Shown here: in pieces, positions 27,707 to 37,094 of the stretch
Layout: each line of letters opens with the position of its first letter
Numbering within the stretch: the first letter of the stretch is position 1
Made by a program: the position numbers and the translations under genes
Source: a virus
Virus record (IMG/VR): IMGVR_UViG_3300022752_000030
Coordinates: 47,238 to 111,237 of that record
Reading direction: 5' to 3' (one strand)
Length of the DNA stretch: 64,000 bases
Notes under the pieces: model-generated
Seen by the model: only the letters and a program-made list of their open reading frames with translations
What the model was told of the DNA's origin: nothing
The model's database searches: none

Positions 27707-28590
27707 TAGAGTTTTCCGAAAGGATTAATTTCTGAGAGGTCGATGATATTATTAGCTTGATTGTCAATATACTTATTATCATAAGTTTCATTCTCAGTAT
27801 CATCTTCAAGTGTATCAAAATTTACTGGCTTATAAACTGCTCCACTGCTTGCTCCATACACATCAACGTTTGCTTTAAATTCTCCTACTATCGAATGTAC
27901 ACTCAATACATTTGATGTTGGATTCCAAAGCTTTGACATTGCAACAACAGAAGCATTTGCATATGTTGTGTCTGGTGATTGATATACAATTTCGCCGTGT
28001 GTATACCAATAACCATTGCCTGCGTTCATATTTAATAATAAAGTATAAGCTGACTGGTGCATAACTTGATCAATTTGTGCAACACCTGTAGCAATACTTT
28101 CTTGAGAAAATTTGTATTTTTCCAATTCTAATTCGTAAAAGTAAGGTACGCTTCTTCCTAACATAAAGAAATCTTTTGTCTGATTTACAAATTTAATTTC
28201 ATATAATTCACCAGTTCCATTTAAAAATGGAACATAAATCAAATCACCCTCTAATGGTCTAGGTAGAGTATTTGGTGGTATTCTTTGATTAAAAGAACGT
28301 TTCGATAAAACCACGTTTACATTATTTTTAATTTCAAGACCAAATTTTGAGAAGAATTCTTTTTCACCCATATATTCTAAAGAATTGGATAGATAAAATT
28401 CTATTGCATATGCAGATTTAAAGTTTTTAACAGGATCTTCACCAAACAATGTATCTCTCGAAATATCATTTGTGTTAGGTACGTAATAAGCATCGAAACC
28501 CATAATTTTAATGGATTCGACAATTAAATCCTCAATTACTCTTTGTTCAGCATTTGAGTTATAATTATTAAAATAGTGTGAGGTTGCCAT
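27706..28590 (-). CDS. gp14: Neck protein
   Basis: EDLIVESIKIMG, SKFGLEI, RPLEGDLIY, SEINPFG. Confidence 0.93.
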   Translation of the reverse strand: MATSHYFNNYNSNAEQRVIEDLIVESIKIMGFDAYYVPNTNDISRDTLFGEDPVKNFKSAYAIEFYLSNSLEYMGEKEFFSKFGLEIKNNVNVVLSKRSFNQRIPPNTLPRPLEGDLIYVPFLNGTGELYEIKFVNQTKDFFMLGRSVPYFYELELEKYKFSQESIATGVAQIDQVMHQSAYTLLLNMNAGNGYWYTHGEIVYQSPDTTYANASVVAMSKLWNPTSNVLSVHSIVGEFKANVDVYGASSGAVYKPVNFDTLEDDTENETYDNKYIDNQANNIIDLSEINPFGKL

Positions 28591-28591
28591 T

Positions 28592-29368
28592 TTAGTTCAA
28601 GAAGAATTCTAGTGGAGCACCATAATTCTTTTCCATTTCAGCTTCTAATCTTTCAATTTCATTGACCGCTTCTTGATAGATTTTATCACCATTTAAAGTA
28701 ACACCACCTGGAAGTTGCATACCAGCAAACTTCTTTAGGTTATTACCCCAAGTTCTTTTGATTAATTCTGTGGCATATTCTTTTAACCAACGATCATTCC
28801 AAACTTTTGAATAAACATCGGGATTAATAACCGCATAACATTCTGCAATTACTACTGTTCCTGCTGGTGCTTCTGATTGACCCCAAGCCCAATCAATATA
28901 CAGTCTTTGCATATGTCGTTGAAATCGTATAGGAACTTCACCCGTAAACATTAATTCTAAAGAACGTAAATGTTGTTGTGTTAACGTGTAGTTGATATAT
29001 GATGCAGACGTAAAATCATACAATTCGTTTAATCTAAGTTGATATCTTAAATCAAACATATTAACTGTTGACTGTGAATCTGAGATTGGAAATATACGAG
29101 TAACACCAACAATTTCCATTGCATTGTTGGCTTCATCTTTAGATTCACTCAAGTCAAGATACTTATTTGTTATATCTTGTTGTTGAACTGCTTTGATGTA
29201 ATATACTTTTTGTAGACCATCAAAATGGTAATCTTGCCAGTATTGCAAAGCATCGTCAATACGATCTTCTATTTGATCATCATCAACGTTAATTTCAATA
29301 ACTGGAAAACCTAGTCTTCTTAAACAATAGTCTTTAAAAGTATATCTGTCGGTAATTGGATTTGCCAT
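28592..29368 (-). CDS. gp13: Neck protein
   Basis: YCLRRLGFPVIEINV, WGNNLKKF, QLPGGVTLNG. Confidence 0.95.
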   Translation of the reverse strand: MANPITDRYTFKDYCLRRLGFPVIEINVDDDQIEDRIDDALQYWQDYHFDGLQKVYYIKAVQQQDITNKYLDLSESKDEANNAMEIVGVTRIFPISDSQSTVNMFDLRYQLRLNELYDFTSASYINYTLTQQHLRSLELMFTGEVPIRFQRHMQRLYIDWAWGQSEAPAGTVVIAECYAVINPDVYSKVWNDRWLKEYATELIKRTWGNNLKKFAGMQLPGGVTLNGDKIYQEAVNEIERLEAEMEKNYGAPLEFFLN

Positions 29369-29399
29369 GACGTTATTTACCCATAGTTTTATTGGCTAT

Positions 29400-30659
29400 T
29401 TATATTCTCAATTGTCCGGGTAGTCTAGGCATGCCGTCTTTAATTGCAACTAACCATGCGGATGTAACACAAACATTTAAATTTTTCATCCATTCGTTTG
29501 GAAAATACGTTTCTTTTCTGTATTCTTGAAATCTAATTGTTTTGTTATCTATAAAATTTGCTAGATATGCATCTGTGTAATACAGAAAACTATTTTCGTT
29601 CCAGTAACTTACATGTGTTGGATCTTGAAAAGCGCCACGACCATCTGTACTAGGAACCTCAATAAATGTCCAACCACCTGGTGCCAAAACACGATGTATC
29701 TCAGACATTATTTTTGTTTTATCTGTTAAATGTTCCAAAATATGACTTGCATTTAATACACCAACAGAATTGTCAGGTAAAGGAATTCCTTTATTTAAAT
29801 CGTATACAATATCAGCATCAGGTCGTAAATCAACAGAAATGTAATTTGGATATGGATTCAAACCACCGCCAATATCTACCTTTAAAAGATTTCTATCGAG
29901 TGCATCTTTTTCTGCCAATTCTCTTGCATATTGATTAAACAATTCTTTTGTTTTTATTTGAATTGCTTCATTTCTGGCTATGAATGTGTTGTCTCCAGTA
30001 ATTCTGTAAAGATAAAGAACTTTTGGTATTCTGACCATTTTTGTTTTTAAATAAGTTCGAATACACAATTCGTGATCATCACAAATAGAAAGTTCTACAT
30101 TATGGCCACCCAACTCTTTATATACAGATGTTCTCCATGATCTCACGTGATCTGGTGCCCACCAAATATATCCTAAACTATGACTGGTGGGCTCAAAACT
30201 ATTCATTGCAATAAGTTTTTTTCCTTTCCATTCAAAATCTCTGTAAGTCCATCCATATTCTGATCCGTAAGGAATAAAATTATCTTCCATGTGCAACATT
30301 GCATCATCACTATAAACAAAACCAACATCTGGATTTTGATAGGCTTTATACAATTCTTCTAAACAATCCGGTGTGATAATGTCGTCATGATCCAATTCGA
30401 CAAGAACATCTCCTGTTCCACTATTAAAGGCCGCATTTTTAACTGCACCGACATTTGTATTTTTTTCTTTTGCACAAATGATTACAACACGGTTATCATT
30501 TTTAATTTTTTCTGGTATGTGTTGCGGTGTGCATTTGTTGTTTAGATAAAGAATCCATTCCCAATTCTCATAGGTTTGATTACAAATACTTTCGTATAAT
30601 TCTACTAAAAAAGGAATGTTTTCTGGACTGTGTTCTGGAGTTATTAAACTAAATTTCAT
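29400..30659 (-). CDS. GT2 glycosyltransferase fused to class I SAM methyltransferase
   Basis: SICNQTYENWEW, ELDHDD (DxD), ICDDHEL; C-terminal VDIGGG, SHILEH, RVLAPGG, DPTH. Confidence 0.88.
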   Translation of the reverse strand: MKFSLITPEHSPENIPFLVELYESICNQTYENWEWILYLNNKCTPQHIPEKIKNDNRVVIICAKEKNTNVGAVKNAAFNSGTGDVLVELDHDDIITPDCLEELYKAYQNPDVGFVYSDDAMLHMEDNFIPYGSEYGWTYRDFEWKGKKLIAMNSFEPTSHSLGYIWWAPDHVRSWRTSVYKELGGHNVELSICDDHELCIRTYLKTKMVRIPKVLYLYRITGDNTFIARNEAIQIKTKELFNQYARELAEKDALDRNLLKVDIGGGLNPYPNYISVDLRPDADIVYDLNKGIPLPDNSVGVLNASHILEHLTDKTKIMSEIHRVLAPGGWTFIEVPSTDGRGAFQDPTHVSYWNENSFLYYTDAYLANFIDNKTIRFQEYRKETYFPNEWMKNLNVCVTSAWLVAIKDGMPRLPGQLRI

Positions 30660-30661
30660 AA

Positions 30662-32383
30662 TTAATCAAAGAAAAATAAATGTGTTAATCTTCCGTCTTC
30701 TATTCCTTGACCAAAATAAGGTCCGGCCGAATGTATGCATCGTGCATCCATAATGACGAGTCTATTGTATATATTTGCTGCTGAATCCGTCACATCAAAT
30801 TTTGTGCTGTCATAGAAACCTCCAGCAAAAGCACCGGACGAATCATTATCCGTTGAATGTCTTGTGCCGTTAAGTTTTGATTGATGTAATCTGGTACCAC
30901 TTTCTAAAGGCGCATTTGGAGTTAAATAAATCATTGCGGCCCATTTTTGTAAATCGTAGTGATAAACTTGTGGATCTTCTGCTGTTGTTATTTGAAAACA
31001 ACCATTATAATCATGATTTTCAAAATTGAAAATTTCTTCACCAATAATTTTTTCAAAAGCTTCTTTGAGTCCTTTGGGTCTATATGGTACAACCGAACGT
31101 AATCCTTTGTACCAACGAATGTCTGATTTATATTCAACATTCAGTGCAAATTCTCTTACTTCGTCCGGATTTTGATAAAAATTATCTACGATAAAAAATC
31201 TTTTATTTGTGTTGGTGTTGATAAAGAAAGGTAAAGAATTTTTGTTTTCTTCTTCTACTTTTTGTTTTGCTAACTCATGCAATTTCTGAACTCTGCCTGT
31301 AGGACTATCATGATATAATGACGTATCAATCATCACGACAAACCTAGGAAATACATTTGTTCTTTCTGGTTGCATCATTCTTGTGGTGCAACTCAACATA
31401 CTTTTGTAATCACCTAAATTGTTATATATTTGAGCCAAAGCAAAAAGGTGATCGTTTCTTTCTGGAGCAAATTTTTCAGAAAGATTATAAGTGTTTATCG
31501 CATTGTTTACATCACCAATAAAGTTATAACATTCTCCTGCAAAAAATAATGCCATGTAACACATTTCATCAACTTCATTTTCGCCAATTTGTACTGGAAA
31601 TTTAGTAGATTGTTTGTGTCTTACAAATTCTTCAAAGTAATATATCGATCTTTTTGCGTATTCTTTTTTTTGCGTTTCACCTAATGGAAATGAACTTGAT
31701 TGGTATGCGTCCGTATAACTTTTACCAATGTACCAAAAATGATACAAGTCAGTAGTAAATGATTTTTCTTTGATCATTTTTTCTTCAAGAATCAAAGCGT
31801 CACTAATAAATTTTACAGGATTTGACCAACTCTGACCCTCATTGTATCCAACTTGTCTAAATTTTGGTGACAAATCGATTCTTTCAAAGTTTTCACCAAT
31901 ACCTTCAATATCACAATAAACTGTTTCGTGACAAGTATCGTGATTGAATCTCCAGGGAAGATTTGCGTTCCACATCCAAGCTCTATGATAAATGCATGTA
32001 CCACTTACTGCTGGTATGTGAAAAGCTTGTGTGTTTTTATTTTCTAGTGGTGACCAGTCGAAATCGTCATCAATTTCTAAAACTTCATCACAATCCATTT
32101 TTAAAATCCAATCGCAACCGTGATCTGTTTTTTGGCAGTATTGAATCAAGTGGTCACGATTCCATCCGAAACCAACCCAACCTTCTTCTACATCATACAA
32201 TTCACCTGAAAGTTTATTGTTGATTAAAAAATCTTTGACTATTTGGTCTGTACCATCAGTTGATCCATTATTCTGTAATACATAATAATCAACATATGGT
32301 AAACAAGAATCTAACATTCTTTTGATAACCGATGCTTCATTTTTAAACATTGTTATCATTACAATTTTACAATTTTTCTTCAT
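30662..32383 (-). CDS. GT2 glycosyltransferase-TPR-2OG-Fe(II) oxygenase (DUF6445-like) fusion
   Basis: KNEA, GSTDGT, KMDCDE; TPR-like helices; IVDNFY, HYD...IH...R jelly-roll motif. Confidence 0.85.
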   Translation of the reverse strand: MKKNCKIVMITMFKNEASVIKRMLDSCLPYVDYYVLQNNGSTDGTDQIVKDFLINNKLSGELYDVEEGWVGFGWNRDHLIQYCQKTDHGCDWILKMDCDEVLEIDDDFDWSPLENKNTQAFHIPAVSGTCIYHRAWMWNANLPWRFNHDTCHETVYCDIEGIGENFERIDLSPKFRQVGYNEGQSWSNPVKFISDALILEEKMIKEKSFTTDLYHFWYIGKSYTDAYQSSSFPLGETQKKEYAKRSIYYFEEFVRHKQSTKFPVQIGENEVDEMCYMALFFAGECYNFIGDVNNAINTYNLSEKFAPERNDHLFALAQIYNNLGDYKSMLSCTTRMMQPERTNVFPRFVVMIDTSLYHDSPTGRVQKLHELAKQKVEEENKNSLPFFINTNTNKRFFIVDNFYQNPDEVREFALNVEYKSDIRWYKGLRSVVPYRPKGLKEAFEKIIGEEIFNFENHDYNGCFQITTAEDPQVYHYDLQKWAAMIYLTPNAPLESGTRLHQSKLNGTRHSTDNDSSGAFAGGFYDSTKFDVTDSAANIYNRLVIMDARCIHSAGPYFGQGIEDGRLTHLFFFD

Positions 32384-33090
32384 AATGTTCTCTGTTGTAT
32401 AAATTTTAAAATTTCAGGATCATTTTTTTGATCTTCAGTTGGAGCATATAATGCTCTATTTCTAGTATCTATAACACCTCCAGGTTCAACCATATAGTAC
32501 ATTGCAATACTTTTTCTATAAACTCCTTCAGGACATTTAATAGGATCATTAAATCCGTGCCATGAATTTTGTGAAGTGTCAAATAACAAAGCACGATTAA
32601 ATTTATTTTCAATCGTTATTATTTTTTCTTTTGGTAAATTTGTGGTACTATCGTGTGACCAAAATTCAAGATTGCCTCCCCAATTGGTATTCCAATCTGG
32701 TGTCAGGTAAAAAATTAAATTGAATTTTCTTAGTAGATTTAATTTTGGATGCATCGAATAATCAAGATGCACATTTAGTTTACTGTCTTTACCCTGAATG
32801 TGCCAACCAGAACCGTGAAGTCCTAAATCTGGATATACTTTATTTGTACCTGTTATATCTTGAATTTTTTTTATAAATTCCGATGAATTTAAATATTGAA
32901 AAAATTGATATGTTTTTGGTGGAAAAAAATACCAATTATTACTTGCTTTTTTGATTTCAAGTGGATTGTTGTAAACAAACCAATTAGGTGAATTATAATC
33001 TATAAATTCTTCTGATAATTGTTTTGCGTGATCGTGTTCTAAAAAATTATCAATCACATAATATTTGAAAGGTGAATCACCAACAATCAT
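32380..33090 (-). CDS. 2OG-Fe(II) oxygenase, prolyl-hydroxylase-like (start likely 33090)
   Basis: VIDNFL, VHLD, YLTPDW...GGNLEFW, FNRALLF, SWHG, RKS. Confidence 0.9.
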   Translation of the reverse strand: MIVGDSPFKYYVIDNFLEHDHAKQLSEEFIDYNSPNWFVYNNPLEIKKASNNWYFFPPKTYQFFQYLNSSEFIKKIQDITGTNKVYPDLGLHGSGWHIQGKDSKLNVHLDYSMHPKLNLLRKFNLIFYLTPDWNTNWGGNLEFWSHDSTTNLPKEKIITIENKFNRALLFDTSQNSWHGFNDPIKCPEGVYRKSIAMYYMVEPGGVIDTRNRALYAPTEDQKNDPEILKFIQQRTL

Positions 33091-33662
33091 TTCCACTTAG
33101 GACCTTCAAACCATGCAGCAATACTATATCTGGTTCCTTTTGTTACCGGATATGCTCTGTGTCTTAACATTGAGGGAAAGAAAATGATTGAGCCTTGCTC
33201 CTTTGTTTCTTTTGAATCCAAAGGAGTGCCAGCATCTGTAATTTCGAAATTGCCACCTTCGTAATCTTTTGGATCAGAAAGTTGAATTATACAAGATAGT
33301 TTTCTATGATATAATGGATCATTATTCATCCAAAAAACGTCATGATGTTCTTTATATTCACCGAAATAACTACTATCATATTCAGCCAATTGAACAAAAT
33401 TTAAATGTGTGATGTGTATATTAAAGAAATCTTTATTCGCTTGTATACCTGTTTTCCACAACAAATCAAAAAGGTAGGTGAATCTCCAGTCTGAAGAATT
33501 GATAAATTTTACTTTACTCTTTCTTATACTGGAGTCCACTCTACCATTATCATTTAATCCAACAACAGCATCTTGTGTAGGTATTGCATTTGCATCACGG
33601 ATAATTTTTTCACAAGTCGCTTTATCAATATACGATTTAAAATAACACCACTCACCATTCAT
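33087..33662 (-). CDS. PKHD/P4H-type 2OG-Fe(II) oxygenase (start likely 33662)
   Basis: HHD, RKLSCIIQLS, YEGG, FPSMLRH, PVTKGTRYS; SD AGGAG. Confidence 0.92.
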   Translation of the reverse strand: MNGEWCYFKSYIDKATCEKIIRDANAIPTQDAVVGLNDNGRVDSSIRKSKVKFINSSDWRFTYLFDLLWKTGIQANKDFFNIHITHLNFVQLAEYDSSYFGEYKEHHDVFWMNNDPLYHRKLSCIIQLSDPKDYEGGNFEITDAGTPLDSKETKEQGSIIFFPSMLRHRAYPVTKGTRYSIAAWFEGPKWK

Positions 33663-33680
33663 AAACAAACTCCTAAAAGA

Positions 33681-34766
33681 TTATAATTTAGATTTTATAT
33701 ATTCAATCTGTGATTTTTGTTCTTTTAATGCTTGTACTAATAATGGAACAATTTTTTCATACATAACAGTCAAATATTTTTCACCTGATTTACTATTTCC
33801 ATATTTATCAGTGTCAAAAGGAGCAATTGCGGTTGCTTCAGGTAAAACAGATTCAACTTCTTGTGCAATTAAACCAATTTGTGGGCCGTCAATAGTAACA
33901 CCAAGCTCTTTAGCTTGTTCTGTAAATTCATAATAAACGCCATTTAATTGTTGAATTTTTTCTAGAGAATTTTCAATAACACCAGAAATATCTTTCAATC
34001 TTTTATCTGAATAATTCGCTACAATATTTCCTGTAGCTCGGACACTACCAGTTGGACCTGCTACGGTATTTACACCCAATGCAGCAACTTGAGTTACTGC
34101 ACCGGAAGAACCACCTGTCGGACCTGTTGGACCTGTTGGACCTGTTGGTCCAGTTGGACCTGTTGGACCACTTGTTCCTGTTGGACCTGTTGGTCCTTGA
34201 ACGCCTTGAAAACCTTGTAAACCTGTCGCAGCTGCAGGACCTGTAGGACCTTGAGCACCTGGTACACCAGTTGGTCCAGTAGAACCTGTTGCACCAGTAG
34301 AACCTTGAGCACCTTGTCTACCTTGGAAACCTGTAGCACCTTGAGTACCTGCTGCACCTTGAGCACCTGGTACACCAGTTGGTCCAGTAGAACCTGTTGC
34401 GCCAGTAGAACCTTGAGCACCTTGAAAACCTTGAGCACCCTGAACACCAGGAACTCCAATAGAACCTTGAACACCTGTTGGTCCTGTTGGTCCTTGAACC
34501 CCTTGTAAACCCTGAGCGCCTTGAGCACCTTGAAAACCTTGAGCTCCTTGAACACCAGAAACGCCTGTTGCACCTTGAGCGCCTGGTACACCAGTTGGTC
34601 CTTGAGTACCTGTAGCACCTTGAACGCCCTGAGCACCTTGTGAGCCCGCTAAACCTTGTGGTCCTTTAATGCCGGATTGTGGTCCAATCCAATTACCATT
34701 AGAGTCTAAAACATCTGTTGAACCAACAGTTAGTCCGTTTTTAACGATGAAATTGCTTGTTGCCAT
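33681..34766 (-). CDS. Collagen-like fibre protein C with C-terminal S74 intramolecular chaperone
   Basis: Long Gly-X-Y tract (GAQ/GPT); [28 protein letters not shown]. Confidence 0.9.
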   Translation of the reverse strand: MATSNFIVKNGLTVGSTDVLDSNGNWIGPQSGIKGPQGLAGSQGAQGVQGATGTQGPTGVPGAQGATGVSGVQGAQGFQGAQGAQGLQGVQGPTGPTGVQGSIGVPGVQGAQGFQGAQGSTGATGSTGPTGVPGAQGAAGTQGATGFQGRQGAQGSTGATGSTGPTGVPGAQGPTGPAAATGLQGFQGVQGPTGPTGTSGPTGPTGPTGPTGPTGPTGGSSGAVTQVAALGVNTVAGPTGSVRATGNIVANYSDKRLKDISGVIENSLEKIQQLNGVYYEFTEQAKELGVTIDGPQIGLIAQEVESVLPEATAIAPFDTDKYGNSKSGEKYLTVMYEKIVPLLVQALKEQKSQIEYIKSKL

Positions 34767-36960
34767 TACTTACCTCTATTTTCTAATTTTGTTAGTAACG
34801 CAGAAATTTGTTTCTGTTGTTCTTTAATTGCTTCGATCACAATAGGAACAACCTTTTCATACTGAACTGTAAGATAATTTTCTCCAGTTTTACTATTTCC
34901 ATTTGCGTCAATATCAAAAGGAGCAGGCGAAACAATTTCAGGTGCTGAAGTTTTAACTTGTTGTGCAATTAAACCCACTTGTTTACTATAATCATTGTAA
35001 CCAAAACTTTCAGCCAATTTGCTCTGAGTGTAATAAATTCCACTCCACGCTTGAATTTTTTCCAAACAATTTTCTATTGTACCTGAAATATCTTTCAATC
35101 TTTTATCGGATGCACCAGCCGTAATATTTCCTGATGCTTGAATTGTGCCTGTTGGGCCTACAGCAGCATTGATGCCTAAAGCTGAAACGTTTGGTGTTGA
35201 TGTTGTGCCTCCACTTGCTGAAGGACCTTGAGGTCCTTGTGGACCTGTTGGTCCTGTACCTCCTTGTGGACCTGTTGGTCCTGGAGAACCTTGTGGACCT
35301 GTTGATCCTGCACCACCTTGTGGTCCTCTAGGACCTTGTGCTCCAGTTCCACCAGTTGGCCCAGTTGGTCCCTGAGCACCTTGGAAACCCGAAGCACCTT
35401 GAGCACCTACTGGTGATGAACCTTGTGGACCCTGTGGACCTTGAGGTCCTGTAGCACCTTGAGCACCTGTTGCACCTTGAGCACCTTGGAAACCCGAAGC
35501 ACCTTGAGCACCTACTGGTGATGAACCTTGTGGCCCTTGAATGCCAGCAGCACCTTGAGCACCAGTTCGACCTTGTGGACCCTGAGCACCAGTAGCACCC
35601 TGCACGCCTTGAGCACCTATTGGTGATGAACCTTGTGGCCCTTGAGTACCAGCAGCACCTTGAGCACCTTGAAAACCAGTGGCACCTTGAGCGCCTTGGA
35701 AACCAGAAGCGCCTTGATCACCAGCAGAACCTTGAAAACCTGTTGGTCCTTGAACACCTTGATAAGAAGATGCTGGACCAGTCCAAGTTCCACTTGAGTT
35801 AATGACATCTGTTGATCCAACAGTTAGTCCGTTTTTAACGATGAAATTGCTTGTTGCCATATTAGTTCAAAGCTCCTTCTAATTGTTCTATTTCTTTTTG
35901 TTGTTCTTTAATCGTTTCAACAATTAGAGGTATTAATCTTTCATACTGAACTGTCAAATAAAACTCACCTGTTTTACTGCCATTTCCCTCTGTTACATCA
36001 AATGGAGCAGGCTTAACAATTTCAGGCATAACTTTTTGAACTTCTTGTGCAATCAAACCAACTTGATTTTTATAATTATTGTAACCAAAAATTTCAGCTA
36101 ACTTATTTTGTCTATAAAATACACCGTTTAATTGATATAATTTTTCACCTGCATTTTTAATTGTTTCGATATTATCTTTAAGTCTAATATCGGAATAACC
36201 TGCTATAATTGATCCTGTGGCTTGTAATGTACCTGTTGGACCTGCTGCAATATTTACACCAAGAGCGGTTGCTTGAGTACCCAATGAACCGCCAGTGCCA
36301 GATGGACCTTGTGGTCCAGTACCTCCAGGTGAACCTGTTGGGCCAGTACCTCCAGGTGATCCTGTAGGACCTTGGGCTCCTGGTACACCATTTGGTCCTG
36401 GTGAACCTGTTGGTCCTGTTGGACTCGTTGGACCTGTAGGGCCTGTACTTCCTGCTGGTCCTTGAGAACCTTGTGGTCCTGTTGGTCCTGTTGCTCCAGT
36501 CACACCGGTTGTACCAGTACCTCCTGTTGATCCTTGAACACCAGCTGGTCCTTGAACACCAGCTGGTCCTTGAGAACCTTGTGGTCCTGTTGGTCCTGTT
36601 GCTCCAGTCACACCAGTTGTACCAGTACCTCCTGTTGATCCTTGAACACCAGCTGGTCCTTGAACACCAGCTGGTCCTTGAGAACCTTGTGGTCCTGTTG
36701 GTCCTGTTGCTCCAGTTGTACCTTGAAAACCTGCTGGTCCTTGAACACCAACAGTTCCTTGAGTTCCCTGTGGACCTGTTGATCCTTGAACGCCGGCTGG
36801 TCCTGTTGGTCCTGTTGCACCAGTTGTACCTTGAAAACCTGCTGGTCCTTGAACACCAACAGTTCCTTGTGATCCTTGAGCGCCCACAGTTCCTTGTGAA
36901 CCCTGAGTGCCGGATATACCCGAAAAGCCTTGCGGACCTTGAGCGCCCGCAAGACCTTTC
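34110..36960 (-). repeat. Three 9-nt-period collagen repeat tracts (about 34110-34690, 35215-35760, 36290-36960) with internal block duplications
   Basis: ggacctgtt/gcaccttga arrays; 117-nt tandem duplication near 36466-36699. Confidence 0.9.
34766..35860 (-). CDS. Collagen-like fibre protein B with S74 chaperone
   Basis: Gly-X-Y tract with GSSPxG interruptions; ASDKRLK, GLIAQQV. Confidence 0.9.
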   Translation of the reverse strand: MATSNFIVKNGLTVGSTDVINSSGTWTGPASSYQGVQGPTGFQGSAGDQGASGFQGAQGATGFQGAQGAAGTQGPQGSSPIGAQGVQGATGAQGPQGRTGAQGAAGIQGPQGSSPVGAQGASGFQGAQGATGAQGATGPQGPQGPQGSSPVGAQGASGFQGAQGPTGPTGGTGAQGPRGPQGGAGSTGPQGSPGPTGPQGGTGPTGPQGPQGPSASGGTTSTPNVSALGINAAVGPTGTIQASGNITAGASDKRLKDISGTIENCLEKIQAWSGIYYTQSKLAESFGYNDYSKQVGLIAQQVKTSAPEIVSPAPFDIDANGNSKTGENYLTVQYEKVVPIVIEAIKEQQKQISALLTKLENRGK

Positions 36961-37058
36961 ACGTTGGATTGTGATCCTATCCAGTTACCTGAAGAATCTA
37001 TGACGTTTGTTGTTCCAACAGTTACGCCATTTTTAACGATGAAATTTGAATTAGCCAA
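35862..37058 (-). CDS. Collagen-like fibre protein A with S74 chaperone (TTG start)
   Basis: Gly-X-Y tract; YSDIRLK, GLIAQEV; SD GGGGAG upstream of TTG; N-terminus paralogous to B and C. Confidence 0.88.
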   Translation of the reverse strand: MANSNFIVKNGVTVGTTNVIDSSGNWIGSQSNVKGLAGAQGPQGFSGISGTQGSQGTVGAQGSQGTVGVQGPAGFQGTTGATGPTGPAGVQGSTGPQGTQGTVGVQGPAGFQGTTGATGPTGPQGSQGPAGVQGPAGVQGSTGGTGTTGVTGATGPTGPQGSQGPAGVQGPAGVQGSTGGTGTTGVTGATGPTGPQGSQGPAGSTGPTGPTSPTGPTGSPGPNGVPGAQGPTGSPGGTGPTGSPGGTGPQGPSGTGGSLGTQATALGVNIAAGPTGTLQATGSIIAGYSDIRLKDNIETIKNAGEKLYQLNGVFYRQNKLAEIFGYNNYKNQVGLIAQEVQKVMPEIVKPAPFDVTEGNGSKTGEFYLTVQYERLIPLIVETIKEQQKEIEQLEGALN

Positions 37059-37094
37059 GGTTCATTCTCCCCTTTTTAAGTGTTATTTTGCTAA

